A stretch of DNA of 12,116 nt from Bdellovibrionota bacterium (GTDB lineage: Bacteria; Bdellovibrionota_C; UBA2361), in NCBI GenBank assembly GCA_044352465.1, contig JBILDU010000088.1, forward strand, positions 1 to 12,116. The letters are read 5' to 3'. Positions 1 to 7,318 of the stretch are shown here, one piece after another. The notes under the pieces were generated by a model. That model was not told the DNA's origin. It searched no databases and saw nothing but the letters and a program-made list of their open reading frames with translations. How positions within the stretch are numbered: the stretch's first letter is position 1; every line of letters starts with the position of its first letter. The position numbers and the translations under genes are program-made.

Positions 1-1
1 G

Positions 2-1111
2 ATCTTAGCGGTCTTTGACGGTCTTGCAGGGCCTCAGCCCCACGACGCCGATGTGGTCGACAACCTGCGCCGCTCGGGTAAGACGGTGATCGCCGTCGTG
101 AATAAATGTGAGAAGCCCGCAACGGCGGAGCTCGCCGCCGAGTTCTACACCCTGGGCCTCGATGACCTCGTGTTTGTCAGCGCAGCCCATCGTATCGGCA
201 TTCAGCAACTCATTGCGACCATCCGCGAGCATCTGAATATCCGCGAAGAGGACCAGTTTGAAGAGCGCGAGCCGCTCAAGGAAGCTATTCGAGTCGCGAT
301 TCTCGGCAAGCCGAACGTGGGCAAGTCGACACTGGTCAATACGCTGGTGGGGGAGGCTCGCGTTGTCGCGTCTCCGATTCCCGGTACCACCCGCGATAAC
401 ATCGATGTGACGGTAAAGCGGGACGGCCATACCTTCGTGGTCGTTGATACGGCCGGATTACGCAAGAAGAACAAGGTCGATCCTGAATCAGCGGAGCGCT
501 ACGGCAACCTCCGTTCCTTAAAGGCGCTCGTACAGTGTGACGTTGCGGTGTTGATGCTTGATGCCACCGCTGGCTTACCGACGGAGCAAGATGCCCGTAT
601 CGCGGGACTTATTCACGAAAGGGGAAAGTCGCTCATCATCGTGGTTAACAAGTGGGACGCGGTCGAGAAGGACCACACGACCGTCAAAGCCTATACCGAT
701 ATGGTGCACGAGGTGTTCAAGTTCGCACGCTATGCGCCTATCGTGTTCGCCTCGGCGCTGACGGGGCGACGGTGCCCCTCCATACTCGACACCGTGCTTG
801 AGGTGCACCAGGCGGCGAACATGAGGATCGCGACCTCTGATCTAAACCGACTCCTCGATCGGGCGTTCACAGAGAAGCCGCCGCCGGTGTATCGCGGCCA
901 TCCGGTAAAGCTCTTTTTTGCCGTTCAGGCCAGCGTTTCGCCGCCGACGATCGTTTTGTTTATGAATTTCCCGAAACGGATTAACTACGGGTATGAACGG
1001 TATCTCAAGAACCAGATCCGTGAAGTTTACCCGTTTCCGGGTAACGATATTAAGTTTCAGCTGAAGAAACGCTCGGAAAAAGCGGATCAAGCGGGGAATG
1101 CGGCGCGTTAA
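2..1111 (+). CDS. der: Ribosome biogenesis GTPase Der (EngA), 5'-truncated by the window edge
   Basis: Frame is open from position 2 (ILAVFDGLAGPQPHDADVVDNLRR...). Contains the end of G-domain 1 (NKCE, SAAH), a complete G-domain 2 (GKPNVGKS, GTTRD, DTAG, NKWD, SA) and the KH-like C-terminal domain (PPTIVLF..YERYLKNQIR). Confidence 0.97.
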   Translation: MLAVFDGLAGPQPHDADVVDNLRRSGKTVIAVVNKCEKPATAELAAEFYTLGLDDLVFVSAAHRIGIQQLIATIREHLNIREEDQFEEREPLKEAIRVAILGKPNVGKSTLVNTLVGEARVVASPIPGTTRDNIDVTVKRDGHTFVVVDTAGLRKKNKVDPESAERYGNLRSLKALVQCDVAVLMLDATAGLPTEQDARIAGLIHERGKSLIIVVNKWDAVEKDHTTVKAYTDMVHEVFKFARYAPIVFASALTGRRCPSILDTVLEVHQAANMRIATSDLNRLLDRAFTEKPPPVYRGHPVKLFFAVQASVSPPTIVLFMNFPKRINYGYERYLKNQIREVYPFPGNDIKFQLKKRSEKADQAGNAAR

Positions 1112-1122
1112 AGATAGCGGTT

Positions 1123-1150
1123 TTGAGCTTTCACGGTAATCTGCTATAAC
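1123..1150 (+). promoter_or_regulatory. Putative sigma70 promoter for guaA
   Basis: TTGAGC (1123-1128), 16-nt spacer, TATAAC (1145-1150) with an extended -10 TG at 1142-1143. Lies 33 nt upstream of the ATG at 1184. Confidence 0.55.
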
Positions 1151-1183
1151 CGGTTGAAATCTCCGAACCTATTGGGCAGCGCC

Positions 1184-2731
1184 ATGCAAGACTACGTCCT
1201 CGTTCTCGATTTCGGCTCACAGTACACTCAGCTCATCGCCCGGCGGACCCGGGAGTTGGGAGTCTACAGTGAGGTAAAGCCATGCACGTTGAGCCCATCT
1301 GAAATCGACCCGACCGGTCTCAAAGCTATTATTCTCTCGGGCGGTCCGGCGAGCGTCACCGATTCCGATGCCCCACCGTTCGACCCGCGCTGGCTCGATA
1401 TCGGCAAGCCGATCTTGGGAGTTTGCTACGGCATGCAGCTTCTCGCGCACCTGCGCGGGGGTAAACTGGCCCAGGGGGCGAGTCGGGAATACGGGCACTC
1501 CGTCCTCGAGATTGTTGAGACGAGCGGCCTTTTTGCTGGCTTTGAGTCCGGCGAGAAAACCAGCGTGTGGATGAGCCACGGCGATCACGTTGTGGAGCTC
1601 CCCTCTGGGTTTCACGTTACCGCTCGGAGCGCCGGTTCGCCGATTGCGGCTATGGCGAACCCCGCTGCCAAGATATACGCGCTCCAGTATCACCTCGAAG
1701 TGGTCCACACCCCCCGAGGGAAAGACATGCTCGAGAATTTCCTCTTCTCGATCGCGGGCTGCAATAGAGATTGGAACCCAGCTAACTTTATCGAGACCTC
1801 GATCGAGCGTATTCAGAACACGGTCGATCCCCGGGCGAACGTTATCTGTGGACTGAGCGGAGGCGTTGATTCGACGGTAGCCGCGGTGTTAGTCGATCGG
1901 GCCCTCGGAGCTCGACTTCAGTGTATCTTTGTCGATAACGGGCTGCTTCGGAAAGGCGAGAGTGCCGAGGTTATGGCTCGTCTCGGTAAAGAGGGACTGG
2001 GCTTGAACGTAACCCTCATTGATGCGAGCGAGGAGTTTTTGACGGCGCTCCGCGGTGTCACGAACCCTGAGGAGAAACGTAAAATTATCGGTCGGGTATT
2101 TATCGAGGTGTTTGATCGCGCCGCCGCGCAGATCCCGAACGTGACGCACTTGGTGCAGGGAACTTTGTATCCCGATGTTATTGAGAGCATTTCGGTGCGG
2201 GGGCCATCGGCCACGATTAAAACTCACCATAACGTCGGTGGACTGCCCGAGAAGATGAAGTTAAAGCTCATCGAGCCGTTTCGTGAGCTTTTCAAAGATG
2301 AGGTCCGCCGGCTTGGCGAGGATCTGAACGTACCGCGTGAGATCCTCTGGCGGCAGCCCTTTCCCGGACCCGGTCTGGCGGTTCGAGTGCTCGGCGAGAT
2401 TACTCCGGAACGGCTGTCGATTTTGCGTGAAGCTGACCACATTTTCCAAGAGGAGGTCCGGGCCGAAGGTTTGTACGAGCAGATCTGGCAGGCGTTCGCG
2501 GTGCTCCTCCCGATTAAGAGCGTCGGGGTGATGGGAGATGGTCGCACCTACGAGCAAACGGTGGCGCTACGGGCGGTTTACTCTGAGGACGGCATGACCG
2601 CCGATTGGTGTTATCTCCCCCAGGAGCTGTTACGCCGCACGAGCAATCGCATCATTAATGAGGTCAAAGGGGTAAATCGTGTCGTGCTCGATATCTCGAG
2701 TAAGCCCCCGGCGACGATTGAATGGGAATAG
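1184..2731 (+). CDS. guaA: GMP synthase (glutamine-hydrolysing)
   Basis: Motifs [26 protein letters not shown] (catalytic Cys), MSHGD, SGGVDS PP-loop, [21 protein letters not shown] and C-terminal [13 protein letters not shown] 1184 is preferred over TTG 1154 because the family starts just before VLDFG and the promoter ends at 1150. Confidence 0.98.
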   Translation: MQDYVLVLDFGSQYTQLIARRTRELGVYSEVKPCTLSPSEIDPTGLKAIILSGGPASVTDSDAPPFDPRWLDIGKPILGVCYGMQLLAHLRGGKLAQGASREYGHSVLEIVETSGLFAGFESGEKTSVWMSHGDHVVELPSGFHVTARSAGSPIAAMANPAAKIYALQYHLEVVHTPRGKDMLENFLFSIAGCNRDWNPANFIETSIERIQNTVDPRANVICGLSGGVDSTVAAVLVDRALGARLQCIFVDNGLLRKGESAEVMARLGKEGLGLNVTLIDASEEFLTALRGVTNPEEKRKIIGRVFIEVFDRAAAQIPNVTHLVQGTLYPDVIESISVRGPSATIKTHHNVGGLPEKMKLKLIEPFRELFKDEVRRLGEDLNVPREILWRQPFPGPGLAVRVLGEITPERLSILREADHIFQEEVRAEGLYEQIWQAFAVLLPIKSVGVMGDGRTYEQTVALRAVYSEDGMTADWCYLPQELLRRTSNRIINEVKGVNRVVLDISSKPPATIEWE

Positions 2732-2756
2732 ACTCTCTTTCCGGGGCGCTGAGCCC

Positions 2757-2784
2757 TCACTCAATCTCAGCATCTGACCGATAC
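2757..2784 (+). promoter_or_regulatory. Weak sigma28-like promoter upstream of the kinase
   Basis: TCAC-N16-ACCGATAC versus consensus TAAA-N15-GCCGATAA. The -10 element is good, the -35 element poor. Confidence 0.25.
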
Positions 2785-2871
2785 GTAAGGTGGGGCGCCG
2801 TCTTTCTGGCGACGCTACCCGTGTGGTTTCAATAAGTTGGCCGATCGAGGCCCTCATAATTTGCGCCCAGT

Positions 2872-4794
2872 ATGTCACGTCGTGTTGCGATAGGGGTTAC
2901 AGTCAGCGTCGGTACGCTCGCGATTCTTCCGCTGCTCAACATTACCTGCGGTAATCCCTTTCCGTGGCTCAACGGGAACGTCGTTGCCGGGATTAACCTT
3001 CTCGGCTGGAGTATCGTCCTTACTTTTCTGTTCGGTCGGGCCGCGCTGATGACATCCTTAAAGGGAGTAGCGCAGAGCGCCGGCCTCGACACCCGTCGCC
3101 GCTCGTTTGACCAACTTCTCGAAGCGGTTATTCGTGAGGTCTCACGGAAGAATAGTTCGCTTTCGATTAATCTCATCGAGCGGCGCATCGCCTCCAAAGA
3201 AGAGCTTTCTCGTACACTCGAGCGGATCGTTGCGCTCGCTTATAAACTCCTCGATGCCGAATCGGCGGAGCTGGCCCTCTTCGACAAGGATTCTGGTCTC
3301 TACCACTCATCGTTCGTACTGGGGCGCCCCTTTCGTGTCAGTGCCCAAGCGATGCTCGCGGGTGAGTCGGATCGCGAGCCGATCGATCCCGGCACCCTCG
3401 TCTATCCGATCGCCTTTGCGGGCACTGTGCTCGGCGGGCTCCGTGTCGGGTTAAAACGGGGCAACCTCCCCACTCTCGGAGATCGTGAGATTATGCGACT
3501 CCTCTCCCTCCAAAGTAGCCTCGCGATTATCAATGCCCAGTACTCCGAGGAGCTTATTCGGATGAAGCAGTACTCGGAGGAGTCGGTGAAGGCGAAGACC
3601 GGGTTCCTCGCAAATCTGAGCCACGAGCTTCGTGGGCCCCTGGGGATCATGCTCAATGCGGTCGAGCTCGTTTTGGAGGGGCTCTGTGGCCCTGTCAGCG
3701 CTGACCAGCTTGAGACTCTCGGCATGGTACGAGAGAACGGCGAGCACCTTCTTGAACTGATTAACGACGTTCTCGACTACGCGAAGATAGAGTCAGGTCG
3801 GTTAAAACCGCAGCCTGTGTCGATTCACGCCAACGAGATCCTTGAAGACCTGACCAACGTTGTGCGGGCTCAAGCGGAGACGAAAAAGCATAAGATCCTC
3901 GTGCGTCCCAATGAGGAGGCACTTGCGTTTTTATGCGACCGCCGGCACGCCCGGCAGATGTTGATAAACATGCTCACGAACGCGATCAAGTATACCCCGG
4001 ACGGCGGCACTATCGAGGTGTGGGCTGAGCGGGCCCCCGGAGGAAAGATTAAGCTCAGCGTCAAAGACTCAGGGGTCGGCATCGAGCAATCGAATCGCCA
4101 TAAGGTCTTCGCTGCCTTCGAGCGGATTGAGAACGCCTATTCGATGAATCAGGTTGGCACCGGCCTTGGCATGCCATTGACCCGCAGGCTCGCGGAGGTT
4201 AACGGCGGTCTCATCGACTTTCATTCGGTCCCCGGAAAAGGAAGTCACTTTTGGCTCGTTTTTCCGACGACTGAATTCGTCTCGAAGGCCTTGGAGAGCG
4301 ACGTTGAGTCGGCCGAGGAGCGACCGGGGCGGGGAGAAGCGGTGCTTCTTCTGGCGCGTGATGACGGTGAGCGAACGCTCCTTTCACGTCATCTGACCCA
4401 CGCCGGCTTTATCGTTCGGGCGGTCGATTCGACGGTTGATGCAGTTGACTTGCTGCGACTCCACGGCGCGGCCCTCGCTCTTATCGATAACGATTTCCTC
4501 GATAGATCCTCCGAGGATGTGCTGGGCCTCCTGCGCGGCGCGCCGGGCGGGGAGGTACTTCCGACGATACTCGTCAGCAGTCGAGCGTTTGTGTTCGATG
4601 TTGAGAGGTATCTTCGTGCCGGAGTCGATCGGTGTCTTTCAAAGCCCCTTGATATGAAGGGCCTTGGACGGACGTGTCGTGAAGCGATCGATACGAAGCT
4701 TTCGTTTTCCAAGACGGATAACGGGCGAGGGAACAGCGCGCCGACGGGGCGGGTTCTGAGCCGGCGTAGCTCCGGCGACGACGTATTTCATTAG
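2872..4794 (+). CDS. Hybrid sensor histidine kinase (2 TM, GAF-like, HisKA, HATPase, atypical REC)
   Basis: Two N-terminal hydrophobic segments and a GAF-like region (LAYKLLDAESAELALFD...LVYPIAFAGTVLGGLRV). H-box FLANLSHELRGPL, N-box NMLTNAIKYT, G1 DSGVGI, F-box VFAAF, G2 GTGLGM. C-terminal receiver with ALID, ILVSS and SKP. Confidence 0.92.
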   Translation: MSRRVAIGVTVSVGTLAILPLLNITCGNPFPWLNGNVVAGINLLGWSIVLTFLFGRAALMTSLKGVAQSAGLDTRRRSFDQLLEAVIREVSRKNSSLSINLIERRIASKEELSRTLERIVALAYKLLDAESAELALFDKDSGLYHSSFVLGRPFRVSAQAMLAGESDREPIDPGTLVYPIAFAGTVLGGLRVGLKRGNLPTLGDREIMRLLSLQSSLAIINAQYSEELIRMKQYSEESVKAKTGFLANLSHELRGPLGIMLNAVELVLEGLCGPVSADQLETLGMVRENGEHLLELINDVLDYAKIESGRLKPQPVSIHANEILEDLTNVVRAQAETKKHKILVRPNEEALAFLCDRRHARQMLINMLTNAIKYTPDGGTIEVWAERAPGGKIKLSVKDSGVGIEQSNRHKVFAAFERIENAYSMNQVGTGLGMPLTRRLAEVNGGLIDFHSVPGKGSHFWLVFPTTEFVSKALESDVESAEERPGRGEAVLLLARDDGERTLLSRHLTHAGFIVRAVDSTVDAVDLLRLHGAALALIDNDFLDRSSEDVLGLLRGAPGGEVLPTILVSSRAFVFDVERYLRAGVDRCLSKPLDMKGLGRTCREAIDTKLSFSKTDNGRGNSAPTGRVLSRRSSGDDVFH

Positions 4795-4804
4795 AATCGG
4801 CATA

Positions 4805-4884
4805 AGAAAAGCACCCGCGGCGGGGCGAAATCGTTGTAGGGGAAGCCCTCTACCGTTTCGCTCGAGGCGCGTGGGTGCTTTTTT
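4805..4884. terminator. Long imperfect hairpin between convergent genes, probable bidirectional intrinsic terminator
   Basis: AAAAGCACCCGCG (4807-4819) pairs with CGTGGGTGCTTTT (4870-4882). T6 tract on + and A-tract on the left. Inner stems GGGCGAAA/TTTCGCTC and GTAGGG/CTCTAC. Confidence 0.65.
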
Positions 4885-4908
4885 ACTACGCTCCGCAAAG
4901 ACGCTGCG

Positions 4909-5166
4909 CTAGGCAACGATCCTTAAAGGGAGCTTTGGGACGACGAGCTCTTTTGTTTCCTCGAGGGAGGCCGTTGCCCGCTCACCTGGTAGGGGCGGCG
5001 CGCTATCCCGCTCGGGAAACGGGGGGTTCTCTTTCTCCCGTTTGCGTTCATTGAGGTCGAGTTTCACTGCCTCAGCGTTAACGTCAGCCCGTCCATCATC
5101 CTCCCGAGCGATCCGTTCGATCGCCCGTGTGAGTGGGGTTGGACGGAGAATCCTTTCTATCTTCAT
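4909..5166 (-). CDS. Small charged, probably disordered hypothetical protein (85 aa)
   Basis: Strong SD AAGGAGG followed by GCAAT and ATG at 5166. Sequence MKIERILRPTPL...LPLRIVA. A sigma28-like promoter lies upstream and a terminator-like hairpin downstream. Confidence 0.75.
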   Translation of the reverse strand: MKIERILRPTPLTRAIERIAREDDGRADVNAEAVKLDLNERKREKENPPFPERDSAPPLPGERATASLEETKELVVPKLPLRIVA

Positions 5167-5169
5167 ATT

Positions 5170-5218
5170 GCCCTCCTTGGCTATGTGAGAACCATCTCTT
5201 AAGGGCATCCATGCCCCT
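5170..5218 (-). promoter_or_regulatory. Two CsrA/RsmA-type binding hairpins in the 5' leader, the second covering the SD
   Basis: Minus-strand RNA: AGGGGC-AUGGAU-GCCCUU (5218-5201) and GCC-AAGGAG-GGC (5181-5170). Both match CANGGANG with ANGGAN as a hexaloop. Confidence 0.65.
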
Positions 5219-5244
5219 CGCGGATAGTTCAATCGATAGAGGAA

Positions 5245-5271
5245 AGATCGGCATCCTAAGTGAAAGACTTA
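5245..5271 (-). promoter_or_regulatory. sigma28 (FliA)-type promoter for the 85-aa gene
   Basis: Minus strand reads TAAG-TCTTTCACTTAGGAT(15 nt)-GCCGATCT, versus consensus TAAA-N15-GCCGATAA. Confidence 0.65.
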
Positions 5272-5348
5272 AACCGTCTTTGGAGGATCCTGTACCACTG
5301 TAACTTCGCGATTTGCTCATATTTTCTCCCAAAAATAACGGGGGTTCA

Positions 5349-5376
5349 TAAAGTAACGAGCCGTAATCGTCGATAG
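5349..5376 (+). promoter_or_regulatory. sigma28 (FliA)-type promoter for the 120-aa gene
   Basis: TAAA (5349-5352, context TAAAGT)-N16-GTCGATAG (5369-5376), 31 nt upstream of the ATG at 5408. Confidence 0.55.
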
Positions 5377-5407
5377 CTACGGTAGGTGAGGTTTTACGGG
5401 GATATAC

Positions 5408-5770
5408 ATGCGAGAAAACGAGAAGAATACCGCGATCTATGTAGCTTACGAGGAGGCGGTGCCGTTCGATCCAGCGGCGCCGGAGAAGAACCTCCTTCGC
5501 GCGGTGCTGCTTTCGGCGATGCTTGATCTGAAAAAGCCCGGAGATGCTGGGCGCAAAGCCGTTGAGTACTTCCTGAGTCCCGATGAGGATTATATCTTTT
5601 CTTTCGCCTCAATCTGCCAGTTTTTGAACGTCGACACCGATAAAATTTTAGCGGTGACCGGGCTCAAGATGGGACCGTTCGTTGCTGAAGCGCCCACAGC
5701 CGCTCTCTCTAACGGTGCCGAGCCTGTGGCCGACCCGGTCGATAATCCGACAGGTGTCGATCTTTCGTAA
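5408..5770 (+). CDS. Conserved hypothetical small helical protein (120 aa)
   Basis: GGGGA upstream of the ATG. Ordered core PEKNLLRAVLLSAMLDL...AVEYFLSPDEDYIFSFASICQFLNVD followed by a low-complexity Ala/Pro tail. Confidence 0.8.
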   Translation: MRENEKNTAIYVAYEEAVPFDPAAPEKNLLRAVLLSAMLDLKKPGDAGRKAVEYFLSPDEDYIFSFASICQFLNVDTDKILAVTGLKMGPFVAEAPTAALSNGAEPVADPVDNPTGVDLS

Positions 5771-5857
5771 TACTCCTCCGCTACACAAAGATAGCGGTTG
5801 TGACGTGGGGTGAGCGCTCCCGTCGGGAGTGCACACTCTCCAGGCAGAGTCGTGGGT

Positions 5858-5886
5858 GAGGACCGTGCCACGGTTGGCTCTTTTTT
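5858..5886 (+). terminator. Putative intrinsic terminator after the 120-aa gene
   Basis: GAG-GACCGT-GCC-ACGGTT-GG-CTC followed by TTTTTT (5881-5886). Confidence 0.5.
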
Positions 5887-5962
5887 CGAAGCCTGGTAGC
5901 CTACTGCGGTGAATATCACGGGGGAGGACCGCCTCCTGCCGCTGTTTTTGTCACGGGCTGTT

Positions 5963-6637
5963 ATGTCGGTAACGGTAGGCTCACCTGAAGCGCAGCGAGC
6001 GCTTCAGCTCCAGCACAAAATTCGTCTGAGTGATGATCCCACCGCGCCGCTCGTGTACCTCGTCCACGGGCGGGCGGGTAATCACGATGTCATGTGGGCA
6101 TTCCGTCGCTGTATCCCCGAAGCCTGCTCGATCATCGCGCCCCAGGCGCCGCTGCCCGATAACGCGGGCGGATTCAGTTGGTGGGATATCGGCACGACGT
6201 CAGCTCGCGAGGGGAGCGAGCGTGCCGCTTCGATACTGCTTGAGTTCATGAACGCGGCCGAGAGCTTTTATCGGTTGAAGCCGCGCACCCGTTTGGCGTG
6301 TGGATTCTCTCAAGGTGCGGGGCTTTTATCGGCGGTGATACAGCGCGAAGCGTGTTTCGCTGGAGTCGGTCTTTTGGCCGGATTCGTCGTTGAAACCGCT
6401 CCGTCAAACCCGCTCCCTCGCGGACCAGGGGGACAGCCGACCGCGGTTTTTATGGCGCACGGCACGGACGATGAAATCGTGCCCGTTGAAAAAGCTCGAG
6501 CGGGGAGGGATCACCTTCTCTCGTATGGCTTTCCGGTCGAATATGTCGAAGACCCGGTCGGGCACAAGGTCGGCACCGGCGCGATGAAAGCGCTTACCCG
6601 TTGGTTTAGTTCGTTCGAGCTCGGCATCGCGCCATAG
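5963..6637 (+). CDS. Alpha/beta hydrolase, phospholipase/carboxylesterase type
   Basis: LVHGRAG oxyanion motif, APQAP...GFSWWD, nucleophile elbow GFSQG, acid in HGTDDEIVP, His in VGHKV. The start is uncertain (ATG 5963 versus GTG 5909). Confidence 0.9.
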   Translation: MSVTVGSPEAQRALQLQHKIRLSDDPTAPLVYLVHGRAGNHDVMWAFRRCIPEACSIIAPQAPLPDNAGGFSWWDIGTTSAREGSERAASILLEFMNAAESFYRLKPRTRLACGFSQGAGLLSAVIQREACFAGVGLLAGFVVETAPSNPLPRGPGGQPTAVFMAHGTDDEIVPVEKARAGRDHLLSYGFPVEYVEDPVGHKVGTGAMKALTRWFSSFELGIAP

Positions 6638-6649
6638 CTCCGCATCACC

Positions 6650-7189
6650 CTATTGACCGTCGCGGACCGGGGCATTGACGACGAGGCGCGCAGCGCCGTG
6701 CTCGCCATCGACCCGCACGGGTTGAAAGACCCGGACACTCCGAATCTTGCACACCGATTTTTTTGACTCCTCGCAGTAGTACACCACCGCTTCAATCACG
6801 ATATCTGCTTCGGTAGCTACCGGGGTGGTTTCGCCCCAATGAAGGGTGAGTGCCAGCGTGCTGGTATCGAGCGGTCCCTCGGCGATGAGCGCATCGCCCA
6901 CAAGTGGCGAACGGATCGCAACTCGTCCGGGAGCTTCAACGTTGATGGCATGATTGCCGGGGAGATCGAACTTCAGGTCCACTCCGAGCTCCCGCAGGGT
7001 GCGCACCTTCGCTGCAGGGTTCACGATCTCGGTGAGGTTGGGTAGGAAGTTGCCTGCTTTGGGCTGGTTTGGAGGTGAGTGTTCGGTCGGGGATTGAGTG
7101 GTTGCTCCGCCAGCCAAAACCGGACTCACTCCACCCAGGAGGAGACACCCCACCGCAAGGCCAACTCGAAAAGGGGTTGAAAAAGTCAC
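6650..7189 (-). CDS. Secreted protein (179 aa) with a DsbD-N-like / NHLRC2-SOQ1 C-terminal-like beta-sandwich and a Cys-x7-Cys pair
   Basis: SD GGAGG 5 nt before GTG 7189. Signal-peptide-like MTFSTPFRVGLAVGCLLLGGVSPVLA. Motifs LKFDLPGNHAINVEAP and VYYCEESKKSVCKIRSVRVFQPVRV. Confidence 0.75.
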   Translation of the reverse strand: MTFSTPFRVGLAVGCLLLGGVSPVLAGGATTQSPTEHSPPNQPKAGNFLPNLTEIVNPAAKVRTLRELGVDLKFDLPGNHAINVEAPGRVAIRSPLVGDALIAEGPLDTSTLALTLHWGETTPVATEADIVIEAVVYYCEESKKSVCKIRSVRVFQPVRVDGEHGAARLVVNAPVRDGQ

Positions 7190-7224
7190 GCAGTCCTCCA
7201 AAAAAGCTGTAAAAACAACCACCT

Positions 7225-7254
7225 ATGCTAAATCTGAGTCGGTAGATTCTGCAA
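7225..7254 (-). promoter_or_regulatory. Putative sigma70 promoter of the secreted Cys-x7-Cys gene with a dyad in its spacer
   Basis: Minus strand TTGCAG-N18-TAGCAT. The spacer is AATCT-N8-AGATT. Confidence 0.35.
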
Positions 7255-7283
7255 TCCCCCGATAGCTGTTAAGCATCAAAACA

Positions 7284-7310
7284 TTAACCGAATCGGGCTT
7301 TTACCGATAT
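7284..7310 (+). promoter_or_regulatory. sigma28 (FliA)-type promoter for the flagellin-like gene
   Basis: TTAA (7284-7287)-N15-ACCGATAT (7303-7310), about 98 nt upstream of the ATG at 7409. Consistent with flagellins usually being sigma28-driven. Confidence 0.6.
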
Positions 7311-7318
7311 ACGGTAAG

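Noticed and set aside
2700..2731. guaA 3' end as an integration site for a genomic island
   Set aside because: guaA is a known hotspot, but I found no duplicate of its 3' end, no integrase and no obvious compositional break downstream.
2748..2771. GCTGAG-N12-CTCAGC inverted repeat as the guaA terminator
   Set aside because: Only 6 bp with a long loop and no U tract.
4909..5166. FlgM anti-sigma28 assignment
   Set aside because: Size, N-terminus and promoter fit, but the conserved R..KV..IK.AI..G.Y.VD core is absent.
5096..5332. 78-aa minus-strand ORF and the extended TTG start at 5232
   Set aside because: The 78-aa ORF spans the sigma28 promoter and both run through the CsrA-type leader. 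The ATG at 5166 has a far better SD.
5800..5870. tRNA-like element ending in CCA
   Set aside because: No TTC T-loop, D-loop or acceptor-stem pairing on either strand.
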